DNA of 58,142 bases, taken from NCBI GenBank assembly GCA_021740175.1, contig JAIPAH010000003.1, positions 1 to 58,142 on the forward strand. Direction: 5' to 3'. Shown piece by piece: positions 1 through 9,064 of this stretch. Positions within the stretch are counted from its first letter, which is position 1; the number at the start of each line of letters is the position of its first letter. The notes below the pieces were generated by a model that searched no databases, had not been told where the DNA came from, and saw only the letters and a list, made by a program, of their open reading frames with translations. This DNA comes from Bacteroidales bacterium. GTDB taxonomy: Bacteria > Bacteroidota > Bacteroidia > Bacteroidales > JAIPAH01. Both the position numbers and the translations under genes were made by a program.

Positions 1-188
1 TGCGATTGGTTATTGAGTTGGACGGAGGTATCCATAGCCGGCAAGAAATCAAAGTGCGTGATGAGAACCGGCAGGCGGAAATTGAAAGGTTTGATCTCCA
101 CGTGTTGAGGTTTAAAAATAAGGAGGTGATGGAGGATGTGGAAGGATTTGGGGGAGGTTTAATCAGTTATTCAAAACACTGGGGTTGA
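1..188 (+). CDS. DUF559 / Vsr-like endonuclease domain protein, C-terminal part (runs off the window edge)
   Basis: The frame is open from position 3 (RLVIELDGGIH...RDENRQAEIERFDLHVLRFKNKEV), matching the IELDGxxH ... RD ... VLRFxN pattern of DUF559. Confidence 0.75.
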   Translation, partial: RLVIELDGGIHSRQEIKVRDENRQAEIERFDLHVLRFKNKEVMEDVEGFGGGLISYSKHWG

Positions 189-205
189 GATTATTTGAAT
201 TTGCT

Positions 206-301
206 TTGATAAAAAGTTTGATGGATGAGCATAATTTGAAAACAAAAGATTTGGCAGGTATTTTAAATCTATCAAAAGCAAAATTTATTAAACGCTGCTA
301 A
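206..301 (+). pseudogene. Fragment of a HigA-like HTH antitoxin
   Basis: Hand translation gives LIKSLMDEHNLKTKDLAGILNLSKAKFIKRC*. The LIKSLMxEHNLKxKDLxxILxLSK part resembles the start of the HTH domain of Bacteroidota HigA proteins. The N-terminus and the rest of the HTH are missing. Confidence 0.5.
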
Positions 302-336
302 ACACGACAGCAATTTTTCCAAAACCATTGAAAAAT

Positions 337-367
337 CCAAAAGCCGGACTGGTTGGCCGGCTTTTGG
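337..367. terminator. Bidirectional intrinsic terminator downstream of pepC
   Basis: Perfect 11-bp inverted repeat CCAAAAGCCGG ... CCGGCTTTTGG between convergent genes. Confidence 0.7.
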
Positions 368-395
368 GAAATGTTCTTGGAAATCTATTTTCACA

Positions 396-1775
396 TTAAT
401 ACATCGGGTCCCACGGTGGGAGCATGGTTGGCTCCTGCTCGAGGATTTTCATTACTTCGTCGGAGATGTATTTTTTGTGGATAACCAATCGGAAAAGGTA
501 CTCATCAAACCAACTGTCGGTCATGATAAGATAGCCTTCATAGCCCGATTCAGGTCCCCAACTGTTTTCCATCAACCATTTGCGGGGCTCGCCGTTCTTT
601 TTCAGGTCGACGCCGGCCAGCATCATGCCGTGACTGGAACCGCTCTCGGAAGTGAGGATGCGTTCTTTCTTGTTCATCGTGAAGTCGGTGTCAAACAACG
701 CACCAAAGTTGTAGTTGTCCGAATCCAGGATGCCGTTGTCCTTGTCCAGCTGCTTACCCACATCGCACGACATATACATACCTTCATTGTCTTTGATGGA
801 AGCTATGGCGAACTCCTTCAGTTTTTCATTTTCCAGGTTGATGTACTTCCAGTTGTGACCGTCGTAACGATGGCGGTCGTATTCAATTTCATAGAGTTTG
901 TTGTAGGGGCGCGTTGGATCATTCATAAACATGACGTAATCATCGAGGTCCACTCCAACAAATTCCTCATAGAAAGATTGAGGCGTGTAGGTTTTGGGTT
1001 CGCTCAGGTTTCCGTCAGTATCCTTATAACGCCACGTAAATTCCTGCGGCGGCTCTCCAAGATTGATGGACAGCATTTTGTAAACTTCCGCCAGCATATC
1101 TTTCTTGGCCGTGCGCATTTCTTTCGCCGACTTCCCATTTTCATGCATTTCTCTCAATTCGAGTCCGAAGGCTTTAATCTTACGTTCAATCAATCGCGAC
1201 ATCCAGCCGGTGCTTTCACTACTGTGGGTTTCGGGCATCACACCTTCCGGAACCACGCCGTATTTCCCGACGATATCCACCAGGCCGGTCCATTGTCCCC
1301 CGTCGCCCAGGGCATGGTCGAACAGCCATTCCACCTTGCGGTCATTCATGGGCTTATCGGCCGTTTCGATGATACCCTCCAGGAACAGGTTGGACTTCTC
1401 GAGCTGGTCATAGAAAAAACTATAATTCTGTGAGAAGTCGAATTCCTTCATGTTGTACTTTTCAATCACTTTCGGGCGCATCACATTCTGCCCTGTAAAC
1501 AGCCAGCATCGTCCCGATGATTTCTGGTCCGTGATACCTTTGGTCTCGACTCTGTGGGTGAAGTGATTGTCGATAGTACCCTGGTTATCCCTGTCGAGCG
1601 CCAGTTTCTTGATCTCATTATTGGAAACCGCGTTTTGCAGCGCTTCAACTTTCTGATTCTTCTCTACTTTTTCCCGGAAATCTTTCAGCATCGATTCCGA
1701 GATGTTTCCTTTCTGCGCCGATGCAGTGGTTATTCCCACCAGCATGACCAGAATTAATGGCAGCACTTGTTTCAT
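396..1775 (-). CDS. pepC: Aminopeptidase C / bleomycin hydrolase (peptidase C1B), secreted
   Basis: QKSSGRCWLF catalytic Cys motif, SHGMML His, ENSWG Asn, C-terminal LPPWDPM, N-terminal signal peptide. Confidence 0.95.
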   Translation of the reverse strand: MKQVLPLILVMLVGITTASAQKGNISESMLKDFREKVEKNQKVEALQNAVSNNEIKKLALDRDNQGTIDNHFTHRVETKGITDQKSSGRCWLFTGQNVMRPKVIEKYNMKEFDFSQNYSFFYDQLEKSNLFLEGIIETADKPMNDRKVEWLFDHALGDGGQWTGLVDIVGKYGVVPEGVMPETHSSESTGWMSRLIERKIKAFGLELREMHENGKSAKEMRTAKKDMLAEVYKMLSINLGEPPQEFTWRYKDTDGNLSEPKTYTPQSFYEEFVGVDLDDYVMFMNDPTRPYNKLYEIEYDRHRYDGHNWKYINLENEKLKEFAIASIKDNEGMYMSCDVGKQLDKDNGILDSDNYNFGALFDTDFTMNKKERILTSESGSSHGMMLAGVDLKKNGEPRKWLMENSWGPESGYEGYLIMTDSWFDEYLFRLVIHKKYISDEVMKILEQEPTMLPPWDPMY

Positions 1776-1780
1776 GGTTT

Positions 1781-2134
1781 TTACCCTCCTGATTTTTTGG
1801 TTTTGTATCCTTTTTTGGTCAGTATTTCCACGATCTTATCACGGTGTTCACCCTGGATGACGATTTCACCCTCTTTTGCCGAACCGCCGACCCCCAGCGA
1901 CTTTTTCAGCTCTTTACCCAGGTCTTTGAGGTCCTCGTCATTCCCGACAAATCCGGTAACAATCGATACTTCCTTCCCTCCGCGACCTTTTTTTTCGCGC
2001 TTCACATAAAGCTGTTGCTGCTGCGGTGGAAGGGTATCTTCCTGTGCTCCACCTTTGTCATAATCAAAATCCGGGTCTGTCGAATACACAATATCGGAGT
2101 GTCCGGTGTTCTTTTTCTTTTTTTTCTTTCCCAT
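1781..2134 (-). CDS. yciH: SUI1-family translation initiation factor
   Basis: IVYSTDPDF, KKGRGGKEVSIVTGF, LKKSLGVGGSAKEGEIVIQGEHR. Confidence 0.93.
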   Translation of the reverse strand: MGKKKKKKNTGHSDIVYSTDPDFDYDKGGAQEDTLPPQQQQLYVKREKKGRGGKEVSIVTGFVGNDEDLKDLGKELKKSLGVGGSAKEGEIVIQGEHRDKIVEILTKKGYKTKKSGG

Positions 2135-2250
2135 GCCTGGAATGGTTTTAATGTTTCCACAAAATAATGCAGAATTTTAAAGATATCAAACCGGAATTTG
2201 AGCTGCGATAATAATCTCAAGCTTCCTAACTTTACTTGTAAAGTAAGTTT

Positions 2251-2314
2251 GAATGGATGTATGGATGTATCGTTGTATGGTTGTATGGTTGTATGAATGT
2301 ATCGTTGTATGAAT
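2251..2314 (+). repeat. Degenerate octamer tandem array, 8 units, consensus GTATGGTT
   Basis: gaatggat gtatggat gtatcgtt gtatggtt gtatggtt gtatgaat gtatcgtt gtatgaat. Confidence 0.9.
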
Positions 2315-2317
2315 TTT

Positions 2318-2463
2318 GAGTGAAGTCTAAAAAGCCTTAAGACCCCTAAATCCCCTGAAGGGGACTTTTTCAAACTGCTGATTTTTATCGGTCCTCCGCC
2401 TAAGGCGGATTAGGGGTAAAAACGATAAAAATCAGCAGTTTGAAGGCTTTTTAGACCGGCCTC
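2318..2463. mobile_element. 146-bp MITE-like element with 6-bp direct-repeat flanks (AATTTT) and an internal REP-like hairpin
   Basis: Ends GAG...GTCTAAAAAGCCTT (2325-2338) and AAGGCTTTTTAGAC...CTC (2443-2456). AATTTT at 2312-2317 and 2464-2469. Internal perfect 22-bp inverted repeat at 2369-2390/2423-2444. Carries CCCCTAAATCCCCTGAAGGGGACTT. Confidence 0.75.
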
Positions 2464-2474
2464 AATTTTAAAAA

Positions 2475-2514
2475 AGTCATTCAACCATTCAACCATTCAA
2501 TCATTCAACCATTC
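2475..2514 (-). repeat. Octamer array (AACCATTC)x5, inverted relative to the 2251-2314 array
   Basis: agtcattc aaccattc aaccattc aatcattc aaccattc; the reverse complement unit is GAATGGTT. Confidence 0.88.
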
Positions 2515-2560
2515 AATCTTGTTTCATTTGAACAAACCGCCTGGAGTTCTCTCATCCCAA

Positions 2561-3445
2561 TCACTTCGGCACAATCAAGGGCAAAGACGATGGCATGACT
2601 TCTATGCTCAGCTTTTTATCTTCAAAATACCTGGGTTCGCCGTCGATGTTGACCGGTTGTTTCTTTTTTCGTTTTTCCACAAGGATTCTGCTGGAACGGT
2701 ATGATTCGATGTATTGACTCTCATCCATGCGGTGGAAATATAGTAAATGAAGCATCAGTGGAGTTACCAGCAACGGTGGTTTCTGCATAATACTCACATC
2801 CAGCATGCCGTCGGTTACTGATGCGTAGTAAGAAAGCCCGGTATTGTAGCCGAACTGCCCGGAGTTGGCAAAGCTTACCAGCAGTGCACGGCGGTTGATT
2901 TTTTCTCCGTTAATTTCAAGGGTGTATTTTTTGGGTTTGTATTTATAGAAAGCCGAAGCGATCAAGCCAAAATAAGCTGTGAATCCTCGTCTTGAACTTT
3001 TTTCAAATTTATCGGCGATTTTAGCATCAAATCCCAACCCTGCAATGCTCACAAACAATTCCCCGTTGACAAATCCGGTATCAATATTTACTACCGAAAA
3101 TTCGTTGATAAGTTGAATGGCTTTCCGGGCCCGCAGTGGAATACCCAAATGCCGGGCCAGGCCATTTCCCGAGCCAGTAGGAATGACCGCCAGTACGGTT
3201 TTAGAACCATGAATTCCCCGGGCGACCTCATTGATCGAGCCGTCACCTCCCGATACAGCTACGACATCATAATTGTCTCTTGCAGCATTTGCGGCCAGCT
3301 CCTTTCCATGACCCTTGTGATTGGTATAAACGATTTCATAATCGAAAAGTTCCCGGTCGAGATTGGCTTTGATTGCCCGTTCGACGGTTCGGTGTCTGCC
3401 CTGTCCTGACTTCGGATTGATGATAAATAGTATTCGCCGCTTCAT
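2561..3445 (-). CDS. Diacylglycerol kinase family lipid kinase (YegS/DagK-like)
   Basis: FIINPKSG, GGDGSINEV, IPTGSGNGLAR, NIDGE motifs. Confidence 0.92.
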   Translation of the reverse strand: MKRRILFIINPKSGQGRHRTVERAIKANLDRELFDYEIVYTNHKGHGKELAANAARDNYDVVAVSGGDGSINEVARGIHGSKTVLAVIPTGSGNGLARHLGIPLRARKAIQLINEFSVVNIDTGFVNGELFVSIAGLGFDAKIADKFEKSSRRGFTAYFGLIASAFYKYKPKKYTLEINGEKINRRALLVSFANSGQFGYNTGLSYYASVTDGMLDVSIMQKPPLLVTPLMLHLLYFHRMDESQYIESYRSSRILVEKRKKKQPVNIDGEPRYFEDKKLSIEVMPSSLPLIVPK

Positions 3446-3721
3446 CGGGAAAATTTAATCGAATCTTACCTTTTATTTAAAGCCAAAGGTAGGGGAAATT
3501 AGGGAGAAAGCATACGCGCCAAACGATTACGGTTAGCAAAATTTCCATAAAAACGGGTAAGCGCTTGACATAAACCTTCTTTATCCTTTCGACTCCGGCA
3601 GGTCCTCCTATCGCCAGACTCTGCCGGGTCCGTTCCATCCCAGGAAATCATGTGCTCAACTGCAAAACAGGACCGACACATTGCATCAGTATTATAAATC
3701 ATCCTGAATAAGGTTTAACAT

Positions 3722-3799
3722 GAGCCGTGTGCACGGCCCGTACGCACGTTTCAGGGATAATGATAGGATAAGTAAATTCCTGTCTTTACTCTACTCGAT
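3722..3799 (+). mobile_element. Group II intron 3'-end remnant (domains V-VI); no RT ORF
   Basis: GAGCCGTGTGCACGGCCCGTACGCACG resembles D5 (AGC triad, CGTGT/ACGCACG pairing). It is followed by a D6-like stem GATAGGA/TCCTGTC and the typical terminal CTACTCGAT. Confidence 0.7.
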
Positions 3800-3903
3800 T
3801 ATTGAAGGGATTTATTGGAATGATTCTTTTCCGCCTGGAGCGGACAAATGAAAAGTTTACTTCTCTTTCAGCTTCCATAAACCCATATACATAAGCTTAT
3901 TCA

Positions 3904-3933
3904 TTTGTAAGAATAGATTTTTTTATATATTTG
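3904..3933 (+). promoter_or_regulatory. Bacteroidota sigma-ABfr promoter upstream of the response regulator
   Basis: TTTG at 3904-3907 and TATATTTG (TAnnTTTG) at 3926-3933. Confidence 0.6.
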
Positions 3934-4000
3934 ACCAATTCCTGACGGATTAATGAATGACTAACTTATTGCATGTAAGGAATAAACTAGTGTTAAGATT

Positions 4001-4681
4001 ATGAGAATCTTATTGATTGAAGATGAGAAAGAGTTAGCAAATTCAATAGTTGAATATTTAGTAAAAGATAAGCAATATAACTGCGATCTCGCACTCGACT
4101 TTACTACAGCTTCGGAATTATGTGCAATTTATGAATATGATTGTTTGATTGTTGATATTGGTTTACCTGACGGTAGTGGTTTTGATATTATCAAGAATGC
4201 AAGAAATAATGGTAGCAAAGCCGGTATTATTATAATTTCGGCTCGAGATGCCCTGGATCATCGCATTGACGGGCTGAATCTGGGCGCTGATGATTATTTG
4301 GTAAAACCATTTCACTTTTCAGAGCTGAATGCGAGAATTCACTCCCTTATCCGCCGTTTGAAGTCGGATGGAAACAGTGAATTAATATTCAATGAAATAT
4401 TTTTGGATTCACAAAGCAGGCAGGTAAAAGTACATAATACTCCCATAGAGTTTACCAAGAGCGAATATGATTTATTGTATTATTTGATAACAAATAGAAA
4501 CCAGGTTATTTCCAAAACATCTATCGCCGAACATCTGGTTGGGGAACATGTAGATATCTTGAGTTCCCTTGATTTTGTGTATCTGCATATCAAAAATCTT
4601 CGAAAAAAACTTACAGAGGCAGGCTGTAATGATTATATTAAAACAGTTTATGGTGTAGGATATAAATTTTTAATCCAATGA
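4001..4681 (+). CDS. OmpR/PhoB-family response regulator
   Basis: ILLIEDE, LIVDIGLPDGSG, GADDYLVKPF, winged helix ending IKTVYGVGYKF. Confidence 0.95.
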   Translation: MRILLIEDEKELANSIVEYLVKDKQYNCDLALDFTTASELCAIYEYDCLIVDIGLPDGSGFDIIKNARNNGSKAGIIIISARDALDHRIDGLNLGADDYLVKPFHFSELNARIHSLIRRLKSDGNSELIFNEIFLDSQSRQVKVHNTPIEFTKSEYDLLYYLITNRNQVISKTSIAEHLVGEHVDILSSLDFVYLHIKNLRKKLTEAGCNDYIKTVYGVGYKFLIQ

Positions 4682-5961
4682 AGTTACTTACCAAAACCAG
4701 CCTTATAATTCTGACCATTAGCATAATAGTTGTTTATGCAGGAAACCTCATCTTTTTTCATATTTCAAAACAAATGATTGAAGATCATATAGATAACGAG
4801 CTGACTAATCAGATGCATAAGTTGCCTGCATTTCTTGAGCAATCAGATAGTAAACAAGATTATATTCTTCTGGATTATGAAGTAGAAAAAGAACCGTTAA
4901 AAAAATCCGCTACTATCGAACCCACTTTTTTGGATACCGTTTTGTACGATGCGGAGAAGGATAAATATCTGCCTTACCGGGCCATAAAATTTTCTCATTC
5001 GGTCAATAATGAGAACCACAAAATCACTATTTTCAAATCCTTACTTTCTTCGGATAAACTTGTAAAACGCTTTGCCACTGTTTCTATAGCAGCTGTTGCC
5101 TTTATCGTACTGCTGATTTATATGATGAACCAATATGTTTTCGAAAAGATTTGGTCTCCCTTTTTCAAGAACCTTAGAAAGGTAGAGAATTATGATATCA
5201 AAAACGATGAGAAGCTACAGTTAGAATCATCTGAAATTGAAGAGTTTGAAAAACTAAATAAAGTGCATACAGAAATGGTTGAGCGGATTCAGAAGGATTT
5301 TACCAATCTGAAAGACCTTACTGCCAGCACTTCACATGAGTTACAAACTCCGCTTGCAGTGATAAAAGGCAAGGCAGAGTTATTACTGCAATCCAATCAT
5401 TTAAGCGAAGAAGATTTGAATACAGCAAATACAATATTGAATACCACCAAACGACTTGCTCAACTCAACCAATCCTTGCTTTTAATATCCCGAATAGAAA
5501 ATAATCAATATGAAGAACGTGTTGAAGTCGATTTCAATGAAGTATTGAACAGGGTTACTCAAAATTATGAAGCATTATTCGATGCCGGACAATACCAATT
5601 AACACTTGACATTAATCCTTTGAAAGTTTGGATGAACCAAGTGTTAGCTGATGTTTTGATTTCAAATCTTCTAAAGAATGCCTTAATGCATGGCAGAAAG
5701 GGCGGTGAGATAAGCATCTCCATCAAAAACGGGGTATTTACAATTTGCAACCCCGGAGAGCCCCTAAGCATGCCCAAAGAGGATTTGTTTAAAAGATTTG
5801 CAAAGGGTTCTGGTGATAAAAACAGTACAGGACTTGGCCTTGAGATTGTACAGGAAATTTGCAATTACTATAAAATTCCAATCACCTATGATTATAAAAC
5901 TAAGCTTCATTGTTTTTCCTTGGATTTCAATTCTTTATCAATAAAGACAATAAATAATTAG
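4678..5961 (+). CDS. Membrane sensor histidine kinase
   Basis: Two TM segments, SHELQTPL H-box, NLLKNA N-box, STGLGLEIV G-box. Overlaps the regulator stop by ATGA. Confidence 0.93.
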   Translation: MKLLTKTSLIILTISIIVVYAGNLIFFHISKQMIEDHIDNELTNQMHKLPAFLEQSDSKQDYILLDYEVEKEPLKKSATIEPTFLDTVLYDAEKDKYLPYRAIKFSHSVNNENHKITIFKSLLSSDKLVKRFATVSIAAVAFIVLLIYMMNQYVFEKIWSPFFKNLRKVENYDIKNDEKLQLESSEIEEFEKLNKVHTEMVERIQKDFTNLKDLTASTSHELQTPLAVIKGKAELLLQSNHLSEEDLNTANTILNTTKRLAQLNQSLLLISRIENNQYEERVEVDFNEVLNRVTQNYEALFDAGQYQLTLDINPLKVWMNQVLADVLISNLLKNALMHGRKGGEISISIKNGVFTICNPGEPLSMPKEDLFKRFAKGSGDKNSTGLGLEIVQEICNYYKIPITYDYKTKLHCFSLDFNSLSIKTINN

Positions 5962-6039
5962 ATTTAATATAAACAATAGATTTTCTACAAATTTACCTCC
6001 TACTTTTACACTCACGAATAAAGCAAGTATTATGATATT

Positions 6040-7293
6040 ATGATAGGTGTTTTAGGTATCAATTATGAATCCTCTCCTTTGAATGTAAGGGAGAGCTTTT
6101 CATTAAGCGAGGATCAGATTATCAAATTGGGAACAGGTCTTAAGGAAAGGGCAGGATTTTCAGGTTTAGTAGTGCTTTCAACATGTAACCGGTCTGAATT
6201 TTATTTTCAGATGGAGGATTTTTGCGAAAAAGCGGTCTACAATTATATGTTGAAAAGCTTAAAGTCATTTTGCGATATATCCTTAGATACCAGGGATTAT
6301 TTTTATTTCAAGTCGGGTGACGATGCTTTTAAACATTTATTTCATGTGGTGGCGGGAGCCAATTCAATGATATTAGGCGAAGACCAAATTGTTAAACAGG
6401 TAAAGCATGCACTACAAATTAGCATAGATAATAATTTGTCAGACACGGAACTAACCCGGTTATTTTCGAAATCTTTTGAGGCCAATAAGAAAATCCGAAC
6501 TCAAACAAAAATCAACCAGGGGGCCTTTTCGGTTCCTTACGCAGGAGTGGAAAAATGCATGACAGTATTCCCCGATCTTAAGGCCTGCAAAGTCTTAGTG
6601 GTAGGAACCGGCGAAACCGGCACGCTAACACTTAAAAACCTTGTAAAAAAAGGTTGCCGGGATATTGTTATTACCAATCGTACTTATGAAAAGGCAGCCC
6701 GCCTTGCACAGGAATATGGGGTAAAAGCTTCCTCTTTTGATTCACTGGCTACGCTGCTTCATGATAGTGATATAGTTATTGTTTCTACCGGCTCCCAGGT
6801 ACCCCCGATAAAATACGAAGAGGTACGCGGCTGTAAAACCTTTCGGAATGGTGAGACACAACTGTTCATAGATCTATCGGTACCACGTAATGTTGAGCCC
6901 TCGGTGGCTGATATTGAGAACACTATTGTATATGACGTCGATCAGCTGCAGGAAATAGTCGACGCTAACCAGGACAAAAGAAAAAAACTGGTAAGTGAAA
7001 TCGAGGAAATTGTAAATGAATACTTAAAGGACTTTAATGACTGGTTATCAGCCAGGAATCTTAAAGGCGTTATCGCCACATTGCAATCAAATTTTGAAAT
7101 GATCAATCAAACAGAACTGGATGGGTTTAAGAAAGTAAATAAGACGGGAGATAATGAATTACTGGATCACTATGCCAGCCATATCAAGGAAAAGTATGCC
7201 CGTTTGCTTATAAAGAACATTAAAGAAGTTACTCATAATGGTCGCAAAGAGGAGTATGTAAAATTATTAAATGCACTCTTTGATTTGAATTAA
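6040..7293 (+). CDS. hemA: Glutamyl-tRNA reductase
   Basis: VLSTCNRSEFY catalytic Cys, SMILGEDQI, GTGETG Rossmann motif, IDLSVPRNVE. Confidence 0.96.
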   Translation: MIGVLGINYESSPLNVRESFSLSEDQIIKLGTGLKERAGFSGLVVLSTCNRSEFYFQMEDFCEKAVYNYMLKSLKSFCDISLDTRDYFYFKSGDDAFKHLFHVVAGANSMILGEDQIVKQVKHALQISIDNNLSDTELTRLFSKSFEANKKIRTQTKINQGAFSVPYAGVEKCMTVFPDLKACKVLVVGTGETGTLTLKNLVKKGCRDIVITNRTYEKAARLAQEYGVKASSFDSLATLLHDSDIVIVSTGSQVPPIKYEEVRGCKTFRNGETQLFIDLSVPRNVEPSVADIENTIVYDVDQLQEIVDANQDKRKKLVSEIEEIVNEYLKDFNDWLSARNLKGVIATLQSNFEMINQTELDGFKKVNKTGDNELLDHYASHIKEKYARLLIKNIKEVTHNGRKEEYVKLLNALFDLN

Positions 7294-7322
7294 AAAAAGC
7301 TACACATTCGAAAAAAGTTCCA

Positions 7323-8261
7323 ATGCCCAACAGACCCATAAGAATAGGCACCCGCGGTAGTCAGTTAGCGCTTTATCAGGCAGAAAAGGTTAAAGAGGCC
7401 ATTGATGCCCGTTTTCCCGACATAAAATCCGAATTGGTTGTTATTAAATCCAAAGGGGATAAAATATTGGATGTATCCCTATCCAAAATTGGTGATAAAG
7501 GCTTGTTCACTAAAGAACTGGAACAAGCCATGTTTGATGATAAGGTAGATTTAGCTGTGCATAGTTTAAAAGATTTACCGACCCATTTACCCCAGGGTTT
7601 GAAACTCGGAGGGGTCTTAAAAAGAGGCGAGGTGCGTGATGCTTTAGTAAGTACAAAAAAAATGAAACTTGCTGATTTGACACCCAATTTAACTATTGCC
7701 ACCTCAAGCCTCAGAAGAAAAGCACAGTTGCTAAACATAAACCCTGATTTCAATATTGTAGATATTAGAGGAAACGTGAATACGCGATTGCGAAAGATGG
7801 AAGAGGAGCATTGCGATGTAATACTTATGGCTGCAGCTGGATTACAAAGAATCGGGTTGGACAGATACATAAGTGAAGTTATTGATCCGAAACAGATTAT
7901 CCCTGCAGTATCTCAGGGGACAATTGCTATGGAAATACGTTCTGACGATTCCGAAATGGAATCGGTAATTCGCGAAATCAATCATCCCTTAACCCAATTG
8001 GCAACCAAAGCGGAACGTATCTTTTTGAGAAAGCTTGAAGGAGGGTGTCAGATTCCCATTGGATGTTATTCTTCCGTGCAAAACGACACGATAACTATGC
8101 ATGGTTTCATGGCTTATATAGATGGCACTGATGTTATTAGCCGTTCGATGCAGGGGAAATTGTCAGAGGCTGATGAGCTAGCTTCCGCTTTAGCGGATTA
8201 TTTCATTAATAAAGGTTCGATGAAATTATTGGAACGAATTCGCAATTTTAATAACGAATAG
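7323..8261 (+). CDS. hemC: Hydroxymethylbilane synthase (porphobilinogen deaminase)
   Basis: IGTRGSQLAL, KGLFTKELE, AVHSLKDLP, IRGNVNTRL, LEGGCQIPIG. Confidence 0.97.
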   Translation: MPNRPIRIGTRGSQLALYQAEKVKEAIDARFPDIKSELVVIKSKGDKILDVSLSKIGDKGLFTKELEQAMFDDKVDLAVHSLKDLPTHLPQGLKLGGVLKRGEVRDALVSTKKMKLADLTPNLTIATSSLRRKAQLLNINPDFNIVDIRGNVNTRLRKMEEEHCDVILMAAAGLQRIGLDRYISEVIDPKQIIPAVSQGTIAMEIRSDDSEMESVIREINHPLTQLATKAERIFLRKLEGGCQIPIGCYSSVQNDTITMHGFMAYIDGTDVISRSMQGKLSEADELASALADYFINKGSMKLLERIRNFNNE

Positions 8262-8263
8262 AT

Positions 8264-9034
8264 ATGTCAGCATTAGAAGGGAAAAAAATCATAGCTACCT
8301 GTGAAGAAGAAAAGGCTTTAAAGGTCAGAAACATTTTTGCTTCTTATGGTGCTGAAACGCAAATTTTTCCGCTAATAGAAACACATGATGCCACAGACCA
8401 CCTAAAAGAAATTCAACGGCAATTTGAGTCGATCAACAATAAAGACTGGGTGATTTTTACAAGTACAAATGGTGTAAAATATTTCTTTCATTGGACTAAG
8501 AAGTTGAATCTGAGTTTTAATAAGCATCAGTTTAATTATGCGGCAATTGGAGAAGCTACCGGTGAGCGATTAAAACAGGAAGGAATTAAACCTGCTTATG
8601 TTGGCACCGGGAGAAGCTCAACTGAATTTGGTAGTGAATTAATGTCAATAATTGGCCCACCTCCTCAACAATTATTAATTCCTACAGGTAATATGGCTTC
8701 CGATCAGCTGAAAAATGTATTAAATGAGAAATACACTTGTGGGAAGATGGTGGTTTATAATACATCAATTAAGGAGTCGCCCGATCCGGCATTCCTGGAG
8801 CTGCTTGGTAAGGGGGATTACGATTTACTTCTTTTTCTCAGCCCATCAGCTGTGGATGGTTTTTTTCAGTTTGCAGCCAATACGATAAATTTAAAACCTA
8901 TAAGCGCTGCAGCCATTGGACCCACTACTGAGAAAGCACTGCTGAATCAAGGTTTGGAACCGGTCTTTGTGCCTTCTCAGCCCAATCTGGAATTGATGGC
9001 TGCCGAAACGGAAGATTACTTCAGGAACAACTAA
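8264..9034 (+). CDS. hemD: Uroporphyrinogen-III synthase
   Basis: WVIFTSTNGV, AIGEAT, FLSPSAV, AIGPTT; lies directly after hemC. Confidence 0.9.
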   Translation: MSALEGKKIIATCEEEKALKVRNIFASYGAETQIFPLIETHDATDHLKEIQRQFESINNKDWVIFTSTNGVKYFFHWTKKLNLSFNKHQFNYAAIGEATGERLKQEGIKPAYVGTGRSSTEFGSELMSIIGPPPQQLLIPTGNMASDQLKNVLNEKYTCGKMVVYNTSIKESPDPAFLELLGKGDYDLLLFLSPSAVDGFFQFAANTINLKPISAAAIGPTTEKALLNQGLEPVFVPSQPNLELMAAETEDYFRNN

Positions 9035-9064
9035 ATAAAATTAAAATCTAATAAACTTAATAAT

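Noticed and set aside
477-1433. 318-aa plus-strand ORF
   Set aside because: Antisense shadow of the clearly identified pepC; no motifs. The same applies to the many short antisense ORFs over uvrA, recA, glnA, ugd, feoB and rarA.
2002-2373. 123-aa minus-strand ORF
   Set aside because: Reads through the MITE and octamer array (IHTTIQPYNDTSIHP is translated repeat) and overlaps yciH out of frame.
2251-2514. Possible CRISPR array
   Set aside because: Units are 8-nt contiguous tandem repeats without unique spacers, and there are no cas genes in the window.
3499-3702. 67-aa ORF or riboswitch upstream of the DAGK gene
   Set aside because: No recognisable protein motif. The 3591-3630 hairpin does not match any riboswitch consensus I can recognise.
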